A stretch of 64,000 nucleotides of DNA. Origin: Planctomycetota bacterium. GTDB taxonomy: Bacteria; Planctomycetota; Planctomycetia; Gemmatales; Gemmataceae. How positions within the stretch are numbered: position 1 is the stretch's first letter; the number at the start of each line of letters is the position of its first letter. The translations under genes and the position numbers were made by a program. The stretch lies in assembly GCA_041180805.1 (NCBI GenBank), contig JBEGQX010000365.1, forward strand, positions 28,359 to 92,358, given 5' to 3'. The notes under the pieces are model-generated. The model saw nothing but the letters and a program-made list of their open reading frames with translations. It ran no database searches and was not told the DNA's origin. Below, in pieces: positions 28,650-37,959 of the stretch.

Positions 28650-29627
28650 ATGCTTTCCACCTTGGAAAGGTGCAGAAGAGCATTCACACTAATTGAACTT
28701 TTAGTGGTGATTGCCATTATTGCGATACTGATCGGGTTGCTACTTCCCGCTGTACAGAAAGTTCGAGAATCTGCAGCCAAGCTATCCTGCTCCAACAATC
28801 TTAAGCAGTTAGGACTGGCCATGCACAACCACGAATCCATGCTAGGGGTTTTTCCACAGGGCAGAAACGCCTACCCTAATGTGGTTTCTGCTCACGCAAG
28901 GCTTCTGGCCTTTCTGGAACAAGCAAGCCTGCAAAACCTAATTGATCCCAACGGCCCCCTTACTGTTGGCTCCCAAAATGATAGCGCTGCGAAAAACGGG
29001 GTTAAAATTTTGGTTTGCCCCAGCGATTCATCCCCAGGACAAATCTCAGGCAGTTCCTACTTTGGAACTAGTTATGTTGCTTGTACAGGCACCGGGGTCA
29101 CATGGGATGCCACCGGCAACATCATGGGTTACCTGACCATTGCCCAAAGCAATGGCGTATTTGCACAAATCCCCACCAGAATTGCAGATATCACCGATGG
29201 TTTATCCTCCACCGTCGCTTTCAGTGAAAGCAGCATCGGCACTGGGGTGCCTGTTTCATCTTTGCCCACCGATGAACAAACTCAGCGCAGAATCGTTCTG
29301 GAAGTACCCGGCGGCACCGACCCCACACCAGCCGCATGTTCCGGGGGTGCAGGCACATGGAACCCAAGGCGGGGCGAACAATGGATTAACGGGCACTATG
29401 GCAACACACTTTACAACCATTACTACACTCCCAATCAAAAAGGTGTTTGGGATTGTGGAAACGGCAGTCACAACAAGGGGCTTACAGCAGCACGCAGCAA
29501 CCACACCGGCGGCGTGAATATTTTACTCTGCGATGGTTCCATCCGTTTTGTGTCCAACAGTATCGATCCCACCATTTGGCGCAGTCTTTCCACCCGTGCT
29601 GGCGGCGAGGTGGCAAGTGTGCCATGA
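28650..29627 (+). CDS. DUF1559 protein with prepilin-type N-terminal cleavage/methylation domain
   Basis: ATG at 28650 lies 8 nt after AGGAG. N-terminus [35 protein letters not shown]-terminal H-X9-DG signature [18 protein letters not shown] and TRAGGE. Confidence 0.85.
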   Translation: MLSTLERCRRAFTLIELLVVIAIIAILIGLLLPAVQKVRESAAKLSCSNNLKQLGLAMHNHESMLGVFPQGRNAYPNVVSAHARLLAFLEQASLQNLIDPNGPLTVGSQNDSAAKNGVKILVCPSDSSPGQISGSSYFGTSYVACTGTGVTWDATGNIMGYLTIAQSNGVFAQIPTRIADITDGLSSTVAFSESSIGTGVPVSSLPTDEQTQRRIVLEVPGGTDPTPAACSGGAGTWNPRRGEQWINGHYGNTLYNHYYTPNQKGVWDCGNGSHNKGLTAARSNHTGGVNILLCDGSIRFVSNSIDPTIWRSLSTRAGGEVASVP

Positions 29628-29668
29628 AGCTTGAGGCAATAATTATCTACTATCAGCTCGCCCATTTA

Positions 29669-30931
29669 TTAAGAATCAGGAATAGCTTTTCTAGAATCAT
29701 GAAATGAGATGGAAACAACGCCACCCAGCAGTGCCAAGCCAGCAACAAGATTTATGATCAGGCTGATTCCATGGATTTTTGCGAATTCTTTTCGGTCACT
29801 AAGAATTGTTTCAAGCTTTGGCTTGTTTTCGGCTGAAGCAAGAACATATCCATCAGTGGAGTTGGCCCTTTTTAATCTCGCTTTTTCCGTTGGGCCAAGA
29901 AGGAACCAGTTTGCAAGAATCATTATCGCAGCCACAAAAAATAAAATAGTTGAACTTTTGCCAACTTTCCTGAAGTCTTTCACAAATACTTTTCCATGAA
30001 GCAAAAGTAGAACAAAAAAAGCACAGCACGCTTGCATGGGATAATATATTTTAAAAATTGGTGTAACCACCAATCCTGCCAATCTGCTGGCTTGTTCTTT
30101 TGCCAAAGGGTTTGGCATTCCTTCCGGGGCTTTCTGTTTAAGAACTTCCGGCACTACAAGCCAATAAGGTGGGTTTTCTTGCAAAACAGCTTTTTCAAAC
30201 CAATTGAAAACCCCCGGGCCAACCACAAAAGTAAAGAATGCGTAACTACCAATCCATAAACCCAGGGCAAGCTGCAGCATGGATTTCTCCAAACCGCGCC
30301 ATAGCAATGAATCTTGAACCAGGTTTTCCGTGCCATTGCATATGCGTTTAATGTTGGAAATGTGCTTTATCCAAACAAAACCACCGCAAAGCAGGGTGAA
30401 GAAAAACAATTCCCAATTTCCAGCTCGACCAGAATGCAGGAACAAAACTGAACCTTGCAGAACCACCAAAACCAAGGTGGATACCAGGGACCCAAACGAA
30501 ACCATCCTTGTGGAAGCGACTGCTGCCAGCCAGGTAAGAATGGCAAACAAAAATGGCGTTGGCACCAGAACCGCCATCACCCCGGCGCCAGTAGCCACAC
30601 CTTTGCCCCCCTTGAAACCAAGGTAAATCGGGAATAAATGGCCTACAAAAGCAGAGGCCCCCATAAGAATTCCAGATGTTTCACTTCCGAAAGGGTTACT
30701 TAGAAACCTCAATCCAACCCAGGAAGATATGGCTCCTTTAAGTAAATCCAACAGAAAAACAATTAATCCATATCGCCGCCCCATCACCCGCCCCACATTA
30801 GTGGCGCCGATATTTCCACTTCCCTGCCGAAGTAAATCAACCCCTTTGATTCGGGCCACCAACAATCCAAATGGAACGGCTCCAAAAAGATAGGCGGCCA
30901 AAATACCAAACAACAAAAATACAACGTCCAT
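29669..30931 (-). CDS. plsY: Glycerol-3-phosphate acyltransferase PlsY fused to a C-terminal multi-TM domain
   Basis: Residues 1-~205 are a full PlsY (GSGNIGATNVGR, GHLFPIYLGFKGGKGVATG). Residues ~206-420 add about four further hydrophobic helices that are not part of PlsY. Confidence 0.8.
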   Translation of the reverse strand: MDVVFLLFGILAAYLFGAVPFGLLVARIKGVDLLRQGSGNIGATNVGRVMGRRYGLIVFLLDLLKGAISSWVGLRFLSNPFGSETSGILMGASAFVGHLFPIYLGFKGGKGVATGAGVMAVLVPTPFLFAILTWLAAVASTRMVSFGSLVSTLVLVVLQGSVLFLHSGRAGNWELFFFTLLCGGFVWIKHISNIKRICNGTENLVQDSLLWRGLEKSMLQLALGLWIGSYAFFTFVVGPGVFNWFEKAVLQENPPYWLVVPEVLKQKAPEGMPNPLAKEQASRLAGLVVTPIFKIYYPMQACCAFFVLLLLHGKVFVKDFRKVGKSSTILFFVAAIMILANWFLLGPTEKARLKRANSTDGYVLASAENKPKLETILSDRKEFAKIHGISLIINLVAGLALLGGVVSISFHDSRKAIPDS

Positions 30932-31082
30932 GAAATCGAGGTCCCTGATTACAAGGTTTTAGTCATTATTATGCTATATCTTGCAAGACACTCCCAAGCT
31001 AAATGTTTTGGCTGGATTTGACCGATAAAAATGGTATAATTTTTATGTTTCACCCCCTTTATTTCCTCCTTGGGGTTATTCC

Positions 31083-32465
31083 TTGAACAATTTTTACAGC
31101 AATGCTTGCAAAGAATTTAATGTGGTCAGCCAAAATAGAAGAAATTTTCTTCGAGTAGGCTCCCTTGGGGTTGCTGGCTTGTCTTTGCCAACCCTGTTAA
31201 GACATGAAGCCTTGGCAAGCGCGCTGGGGAAAAAGACTCACCGAGAAAAATCGGTTGTAATCTTGTGGATGCGTGGTGGTCCAAGTCAGCACGATATGTG
31301 GGATCCAAAGCCTGAAGCCCCGGTTGAAATACGTGGCGAGTTCAAACCAATAGCCACAAGTGTTCCAGGCATTCAGGTTTCCGAACTTTTGCCGAAAACA
31401 GCGGCAATCATGCATAAATGGGCAATTGTCAGGAGTCTGGCTCACCGTAATGAAGATGGTAATGTTGGCCATTCTGATGGAGATCAGATTTGCTTTACAG
31501 GCTACCGAAGCGGGCCAATGCCGGATGTCAATGTGATGCCGTCTTGTGGTTCTTATGCTGCCAAACAACTTCAGCATCTCGATCACTCTATGCCAGCCTA
31601 TGTAATGATCCCTAAAAATGTGCCAGGCACAGGGTCTGCGTGGCTTGGTAAAGCATATGCTGCTTTTGAAACTCAAGCTGACCCAGCATCCTCTGGACCA
31701 TTCAAAATACCCAACTTCACACTTGCTGAAGGTGTTACAGGACCGTTATTGAAAGAAAGAAATTCTCTACTTGGCGACTTAAACTCTCCTGAAATCGGAG
31801 AGAATATGAAGAATATCGGCGAATTCCAGGAAAAGGCGATCAATATTCTTACTAGTGGAAAGGCACAAGCTGCCTTCAATTTGGATAGCGAGCCTCAAAG
31901 TGTCAGGGAACGCTATGGCTTCATGCCAGCCTTTGACCCACAAGATCCTCAAAGGTGCGGGGCACCAAATTGGGCACAACGAATGCTTCTTGCCAGAAGG
32001 CTGGTTGAAGCTGGTGTAAGGCTTGTGACAGTGGATTTGCGTTGGTGGGATTTCCACAAGCAGGGTTTTGACTCTCAAAAGCGTGGTTTTCTTCCAAGGT
32101 GGGATCTCGCTTACTCGGCATTCGTTGAAGATTTGGAAGCAAGGGGTCTATTAGATTCCACACTTGTGGTAGCGTGGGGAGAAATTGGCCGAACACCCCA
32201 GGTAAATAAGGATGCAGGCAGGGATCACTGGCCATATGTAATGTCTGCGGCTTTCACTGGTGGTGGCGTTAAAGGTGGCACGGTTGTGGGAGCCTCTGAT
32301 GCCAAAGGCGCATTGCCCAAGGACAACCGCAAGACTCCCCAGGATGTTCTAGCCACAATCTACAGGCACCTTGGAATGGATTACAAAACTTCTTACATGG
32401 ACCACACTGGCAGGCCGCATGTAATGTTGCCCGAGGGTAATCCAATCGATGAGTTATTTAGTTAG
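31083..32465 (+). CDS. DUF1501 domain protein (Tat signal)
   Basis: Twin-arginine motif NRRNFLRVGS. Family motifs GGPSQHDMWDPKPEAP and GEIGRTP...DHW. The start is uncertain: TTG at 31083 or an in-frame GTG 36 nt downstream. Confidence 0.8.
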   Translation: MNNFYSNACKEFNVVSQNRRNFLRVGSLGVAGLSLPTLLRHEALASALGKKTHREKSVVILWMRGGPSQHDMWDPKPEAPVEIRGEFKPIATSVPGIQVSELLPKTAAIMHKWAIVRSLAHRNEDGNVGHSDGDQICFTGYRSGPMPDVNVMPSCGSYAAKQLQHLDHSMPAYVMIPKNVPGTGSAWLGKAYAAFETQADPASSGPFKIPNFTLAEGVTGPLLKERNSLLGDLNSPEIGENMKNIGEFQEKAINILTSGKAQAAFNLDSEPQSVRERYGFMPAFDPQDPQRCGAPNWAQRMLLARRLVEAGVRLVTVDLRWWDFHKQGFDSQKRGFLPRWDLAYSAFVEDLEARGLLDSTLVVAWGEIGRTPQVNKDAGRDHWPYVMSAAFTGGGVKGGTVVGASDAKGALPKDNRKTPQDVLATIYRHLGMDYKTSYMDHTGRPHVMLPEGNPIDELFS

Positions 32466-33510
32466 TATGCGACTGTGATCCGGCCGGCAGTATGGTTTTC
32501 ACCTGCAAATCCTCAAGGTTCCACAGCACCACGGAACCCTGACTGGTACCCACCGCAAGAGTTTTGCTATCCTCGCTTAATGCCATGCAGGCTATCATTT
32601 CCTGAACAGAAACCAATTGGGTTCGTGGTTGCATGGTTTCAACGTCAATTACCTGAATTTTTTCATTCCCCAGCGCAACAAAAAGTGTTTTTCCATCTTT
32701 GGTCAACTCCAAGGACCTTATCGGCTTATTGGAAATCATCAGGTTTTTTACTTCCAAAGAATCATTTTGGTTTATAAGGCAAATCAAACCGCCGTCACAA
32801 CCCAAGGCAATTTTACCCCCTCCTGCCTTGATAACCCCAACCGGCCGGTTAAGCGAAATAATAGGCTTTGAATCATGTTCCAGAAGGTGATTTAACTCAT
32901 AAAGATCACCCATCGAAGTGACTGCAAAAAACCCTGAACCAGTTTGTTGCAATGATGTAAAAGAACTATCACCAGGGTGAATTTCCATTAACTCGTGCTC
33001 AACCCCATTCGCAAAAAAAAAGCTGGGCTTCATTGCGCAGGCAATGTTATGAAATGCACCAATAACACCAAACTGGCATGGTCTTCCAAAATTCACCACA
33101 TGAGAAATTACCTCAAGAGGGGTTTTTATTTTTTCCTGACAAATCAGGTCTAATGAAGAAAGCCTCATCAGAATGGAATGATTGGTACCTGCCAGCAATT
33201 CATCGCTTTCCAAATTCCAAGCAAGAGTTGTTATGGGGGTTTTTTCAAAAATTCTCTTTGCCAGTAATTTACAATCATGCGTATCCCAAACAGAAACCAA
33301 ACTATCTCCAGCAAGAACCGCAAGGGATTTATTATCTTTGGAAAAAGTTATCTGGCTGATTTTCAATGGGGTTTCCATGAAGGATTTTTTTTCCTTCACT
33401 GATTTATTGGTGAGGTTTCCGGTGGATTGGTAAGCAATCCCTGATGAAACAAACACCATTAAAACCGGCAGAATGAAAATCAGCTTTTTACAAAAAACCA
33501 AAAAGCCCAT
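32458..33510 (-). CDS. Secreted beta-propeller (degenerate WD40-like) repeat protein
   Basis: 350 aa with an N-terminal signal/TM segment. Repeated ~40-aa units end in hydrophobic-W/D motifs (LVSVWDTHD, VVLWNLED). Its 3' end overlaps the convergent DUF1501 gene by 8 nt. Confidence 0.5.
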   Translation of the reverse strand: MGFLVFCKKLIFILPVLMVFVSSGIAYQSTGNLTNKSVKEKKSFMETPLKISQITFSKDNKSLAVLAGDSLVSVWDTHDCKLLAKRIFEKTPITTLAWNLESDELLAGTNHSILMRLSSLDLICQEKIKTPLEVISHVVNFGRPCQFGVIGAFHNIACAMKPSFFFANGVEHELMEIHPGDSSFTSLQQTGSGFFAVTSMGDLYELNHLLEHDSKPIISLNRPVGVIKAGGGKIALGCDGGLICLINQNDSLEVKNLMISNKPIRSLELTKDGKTLFVALGNEKIQVIDVETMQPRTQLVSVQEMIACMALSEDSKTLAVGTSQGSVVLWNLEDLQVKTILPAGSQSHTN

Positions 33511-33665
33511 TGCTGTTAACCGCCTTCAAATAAACATAACCATTTCTTTACCATTTCTTCATATTTGAATTTGAAAAAAATTGCAACAGAACTTGCTATT
33601 ACAAGCGATTAACCGGCGGTAAAAATGCTTGTAACCATAATAAATAATGAAAAGGGAATAAGGAT

Positions 33666-34598
33666 CTATTTAATTTCCCAAAGCTTTATGGTGCCATCCA
33701 AGCCAGCGCTTCCAACCGTTTTTCCATCTGGCGCAAATGCAACGCCCCGGACATCATTTTTGTGACCTTTAAAAATTTGCAAGTTTTCACCGGACTTGGA
33801 ATCCCATGTTTTAACCAAATTATCCGTACCAGAGGATGCGATAGTTTCACCATCTGGCGAAATACTTATGGAAGTAATCGCACCCGCATGAGCATTAATT
33901 TCCTTGGAATCCTGACTTTTATCCGGGTTAGGCCAGATTCGAATTCTTCCGGAACGGTCAGCGCTTGCCAGCATTTTCCCCTCACGGGAATAGCAAACAG
34001 CAGAAACTGCCTTTTTATGCCCTTTTAAGGCAAGCCTTTTTCCACCATCTAGCGCGAACAAATAGATGTTATTATCAGAGCATCCCGCAAGAACTGTTTT
34101 GCCATCAACCGTCCAGGTAACAGCATCAATCGCTGAAGGACAATTAAAGCTTTGACTTTTTTTGAAGCTAGAACTGGGAAGAATTTCCAAAGAACTTTTT
34201 CTGGCCAGGGCAAGGTATTTTCCATCACCAGAAAAAGACATGGACTTTATCTGGCCATTACCAGTTTTTACAGTCTGTAACTCTTCACCATCGTCCGTCT
34301 TTATAAGCCTGATGTCGCCATCAAGGTGCCCCAGCGCGAGCGTTTTTCCATCCGGATTAAAAGCCAATGTGGTTGGCCTTTTATCCCCTGCGGAGACCAC
34401 TAGAATTTGTTTTTGTTTTATTGGGTCCCAAAAATTAATAGCTCCATCTTTACCAATCCCGGCAAGGATAGAGCCATCCTTACTGAAATCCACGGCTATA
34501 AATTGCTGACCGCTTACCTTGAAATTGGCTTTTTCCTCGCCGCCACATCCAAGTAAACCAATCAGCGTGGCAGACAGAATCGCTATTATTTTTCGCAT
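33666..34598 (-). CDS. WD40-repeat lipoprotein
   Basis: Lipobox LLGCGG. Repeated WD40 units (GAINFWD, GDIRLIK, RIRIWPN, LVKTWDS, GTIKLWE). Confidence 0.75.
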   Translation of the reverse strand: MRKIIAILSATLIGLLGCGGEEKANFKVSGQQFIAVDFSKDGSILAGIGKDGAINFWDPIKQKQILVVSAGDKRPTTLAFNPDGKTLALGHLDGDIRLIKTDDGEELQTVKTGNGQIKSMSFSGDGKYLALARKSSLEILPSSSFKKSQSFNCPSAIDAVTWTVDGKTVLAGCSDNNIYLFALDGGKRLALKGHKKAVSAVCYSREGKMLASADRSGRIRIWPNPDKSQDSKEINAHAGAITSISISPDGETIASSGTDNLVKTWDSKSGENLQIFKGHKNDVRGVAFAPDGKTVGSAGLDGTIKLWEIK

Positions 34599-34624
34599 GG
34601 CTTCCCGGAAGGTCCAAACAAGCT

Positions 34625-35581
34625 TTAGAAATCTCCTGCAACCTCACCACCAGCGCGCGTTCCAATCTTTTCCCATGTTTTGGGATCAATATTATTGGTA
34701 ATAAATCGAACCGAACCATCTCCTAGAAGACAATTGATGCCGCCAGAGTGCCTGCTTGTGAAATCCTCTGCATGAAAGGATCCATCCGGTTGAGGTTTAT
34801 TTGGCGTATGTGCAATTTCACCTGTGGCCGCATCGTTAATTCCAGTATGGCCAAGAATTAGTAATGAGGTGGTTTCACCGTCAAGGTCACCGCCGGGAAC
34901 CGCTCCCACCCAAGTACAAACTCCCATAATTCCGATGGTTGGATTGGCAGACCTTGAACTTCTTTCACCTATGAAAATGGTATTGCTTAAACCATCTGTC
35001 ACTTCACCGATGGAAATCCCCCGATTTCTCACGAACATTCCAACGCCAAGGGCAGGATCAATTGCCGCAAGTTCCTCTCCACCGTTCACACCCGCATAGG
35101 ATGATTTTGCAACTTGAATGTTGGCCCCATTTACAAGAAATTTGCTAACTCCATCAGAATCCGAAGGGCAAATGTAATTCTTCAAAACAGTTTCGCGAAA
35201 AGCCCTGACCGCAGCGTTGTTCGAAGTTACGCTCATGGTTTTAAAATCTACCGTTTTAGCCAAGGCTTCTTGCTCTAAAAATGGAAGAATGGCTGCGCCC
35301 CAACCCCAACCAGGGTTGAATACTTGATCAGGGTCAAAGCCATTGGGAATTCCCAATGGCTGATTACAGTAATAACCAGCAGGAAAAACTTTGTAGGTAC
35401 TCTCATAGTTCATTAGCGCCAAACCAATTTGCTTAAGATTATTGGAACAGGTAAGCCGAGCCGCGGCTTCCCGAACTTTCTGCACAGCAGGCAGCAAAAG
35501 ACCAATAAGAATGGCAATGATGGCGATCACAACCAATAACTCGATAAGGGTAAAAGCTTTAAGGCGGCTATTCTTAAGCAT
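34625..35581 (-). CDS. DUF1559 protein with prepilin-type N-terminal domain
   Basis: ATG at 35581 is preceded by GGAGG (the track ORF uses a TTG at 35599). N-terminus [35 protein letters not shown]-terminus [18 protein letters not shown] and TRAGGE. Confidence 0.85.
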   Translation of the reverse strand: MLKNSRLKAFTLIELLVVIAIIAILIGLLLPAVQKVREAAARLTCSNNLKQIGLALMNYESTYKVFPAGYYCNQPLGIPNGFDPDQVFNPGWGWGAAILPFLEQEALAKTVDFKTMSVTSNNAAVRAFRETVLKNYICPSDSDGVSKFLVNGANIQVAKSSYAGVNGGEELAAIDPALGVGMFVRNRGISIGEVTDGLSNTIFIGERSSRSANPTIGIMGVCTWVGAVPGGDLDGETTSLLILGHTGINDAATGEIAHTPNKPQPDGSFHAEDFTSRHSGGINCLLGDGSVRFITNNIDPKTWEKIGTRAGGEVAGDF

Positions 35582-35760
35582 ATTTAGGCCTCCAGCCAAA
35601 AAGTAATATAAGATAATACCAATGATATCGCCTCGTATAACTTTGTCAAACTTTTTTCAACCTCCATCCAATTATTACTGTTTTTTTGCCTTTCCTTAAC
35701 CTCCTTATCTCCTTTGGTAGCATTGACACAATCTTTCGCAAAAGAATATAACTTGTTCTC

Positions 35761-36981
35761 TTGGTTCATCTTGCAGGCTATTTGTCCTCATTTGAACCAA
35801 GGCAAGGATGCCTTTGGGGGATGGAACCCTTGTTTTGTGCGACCATTAACGCTGGCAGTTCGTGGAATAAAAAATCCACCAACATATCAATCGCTCATTG
35901 GCATCAATCAGTGGCCAATGGTAGTGCTGATGGCGTTTACCCTTCTCTACTGCGGTTTTTATTCCTTATCTGTAGTTGGTTTTATGGTCTTGCCACTTTC
36001 TTAAGAAACACTTTTTTCAACCTCGGCTTTCTGAAGACGAACCATATTCCGATCCCTGTGATCAGCGTTGGGAACCTGACGGCAGGGGGAACCGGAAAAA
36101 CGCCCATGGTGGAATGGGTGGCAAAATTCATCAGGGATTTGGACCTGCGACCCGTAATACTCAGCAGAGGTTACAAAGGCGCTGGCGGGGCAAATGATGA
36201 GGCACTATTACTCGAAGAACATCTCCCGGATGTTCCACATCTGCAGGGCCCGGACAGGACATCCCTTGCACACACAGCTATTGAAGAACTCGAAGCCGAA
36301 ATATTGATCCTGGATGATGGATTTCAGCACCGAAGAATTGGAAGAGATTTGGATATCCTCCTTTTGGATTCCACCAATCCCTGGGGTTTTAACCATTTAC
36401 TGCCTCGAGGCACCCTGCGTGAAACTACCCATGGGCTTCGAAGGGCAGACATCATTGTGCTTACAAGGGTGGATCAAGTGGATCAAACCACTTTGGAAAA
36501 AATTAAAAACCAAATCCACCGAATCAAAGGCACAATCACCATCTGCGAGGCAACCCACGAGCCAAAAGATTGCGTTCGCTATCAGAATGAGCCTTTGCCA
36601 TTGGATAAACTCAAAGGCAGCAAACTGCTTGTCTTTTGTGGTTTGGGCAATCCTCAATCCATGCTCACAACTTTGGAATCTTTGGGCGCGATCATAGTGG
36701 ATTCGAAAATATTTCCAGACCATCACCCTTACACATCCACAGATGTGGAACAAATCATCGATTGGGCTGATGCAAATCGAAACGATTTTGATTTTCTAAT
36801 AACCTCTGAAAAAGACCTTGTGAAACTTCAAACGGCATCCCTTGCGAATTACCCACTTTATGCGCTTTCCATTCAAATGAATATCCGCAAAGGCGAGGAA
36901 GAACTCAGGCAAATCATCAATGAAAAGGTCCGCGGTAAACATCTCTCGGCCCGATTCACGGAAGGAGAACAGTATGTTTAA
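35761..36981 (+). CDS. lpxK: Tetraacyldisaccharide 4'-kinase
   Basis: P-loop VGNLTAGGTGKTP preceded by the usual membrane helix, plus DDGFQH. The N-terminus is about 40 aa longer than E. coli LpxK, so the true start may be internal (ATG at 35818, or a GTG further in). Confidence 0.8.
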   Translation: MVHLAGYLSSFEPRQGCLWGMEPLFCATINAGSSWNKKSTNISIAHWHQSVANGSADGVYPSLLRFLFLICSWFYGLATFLRNTFFNLGFLKTNHIPIPVISVGNLTAGGTGKTPMVEWVAKFIRDLDLRPVILSRGYKGAGGANDEALLLEEHLPDVPHLQGPDRTSLAHTAIEELEAEILILDDGFQHRRIGRDLDILLLDSTNPWGFNHLLPRGTLRETTHGLRRADIIVLTRVDQVDQTTLEKIKNQIHRIKGTITICEATHEPKDCVRYQNEPLPLDKLKGSKLLVFCGLGNPQSMLTTLESLGAIIVDSKIFPDHHPYTSTDVEQIIDWADANRNDFDFLITSEKDLVKLQTASLANYPLYALSIQMNIRKGEEELRQIINEKVRGKHLSARFTEGEQYV

Positions 36982-37948
36982 GAAAAACGTTCAACCCTTT
37001 GATCTTTCAGGTTTAAAAACCTACGATCTTGCCTCCAGACCATCAAAGGTGTTCAAGGAAGATCTGGGAAAGCCGGTGCAGGATGATTGTTCCATAAGCG
37101 AGTTTCTTAACTCCCTGCCAAATCAACTGGCGGGAAAAAGCATTCGACGAGTCCGGGACCATCTTTTAAGGGCACGCGACCAAGGCAAAACTGTTGTTGC
37201 TGCCATCGGTGGCCATGTGATCAAGACTGGTTGCGCCCCCTATCTGATCGACTGGATGGAAAAAGGATTCATTAGCGCGATCGCCATGAATGGATCCGCG
37301 GCGATCCATGATGTGGAACTTGGGATCGAAGGCAAAACCAGTGAGGATGTTGGAACCACACTGCACCACGGGCTTTTTGGCATGGCCCGGGAGACAGCGG
37401 ATTTCTTCGCACTTGCCAGCAGGCGCGGTTCTGACGAGAAGACCGGGCTTGGGGCGGCGGTTGGAAACATGCTTGCTGAAAGAAAGTGCAAATCACCCGA
37501 ATCAAGCCTGTTGCTTGCTGCCCACCATCTTGGAATTCCCGCCACAGTGCATGTGGCCCTGGGCACAGATATCGTTCACATGCATCCTCACTTAAGTGGC
37601 GCAGCCATCGGAGAAGCCAGCCTCACCGATTTCCGAATCCTTTGTACCGTGGTAAGCACCATGGCTGAAGGCATATGGATGAACCTTGGCAGCGCGGTCA
37701 TCATGCCGGAAGTTCTTTTGAAAGCGGTAAGCGTCGCCCGGAATTTCGGGTATTCCCTGGATGGCTTTGTAACTGTAAACCTGGACAAGGAATCACGCTA
37801 CAGAAGCACAGTCAATGTTTTAAACCGCCCCAGCGCCGAGGGAATTGAAATCACCGGCCATCACGAATTGATGATTCCCCTTCTCCATGCTGCAACATCC
37901 GCGGCATTGGCGGCAAAGAATTCAGTTTCAGAATCCAAGGCAGCGTAA
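36974..37948 (+). CDS. Deoxyhypusine-synthase-like fold protein (function unknown)
   Basis: The ATG at 36974 overlaps the lpxK stop (ATGTTTAA). The block order resembles DHS: GGHVIKTGCAPYLIDWMEKGFISAIAMNGSAAIHD, IPATVHVALGTDIVH, NLGSAVIMPE, ELMIPLL. There is no Lys at the position of the DHS catalytic Lys. Assignment is by eye only. Confidence 0.45.
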   Translation: MFKKNVQPFDLSGLKTYDLASRPSKVFKEDLGKPVQDDCSISEFLNSLPNQLAGKSIRRVRDHLLRARDQGKTVVAAIGGHVIKTGCAPYLIDWMEKGFISAIAMNGSAAIHDVELGIEGKTSEDVGTTLHHGLFGMARETADFFALASRRGSDEKTGLGAAVGNMLAERKCKSPESSLLLAAHHLGIPATVHVALGTDIVHMHPHLSGAAIGEASLTDFRILCTVVSTMAEGIWMNLGSAVIMPEVLLKAVSVARNFGYSLDGFVTVNLDKESRYRSTVNVLNRPSAEGIEITGHHELMIPLLHAATSAALAAKNSVSESKAA

Positions 37949-37959
37949 CTGGTGCAAAC

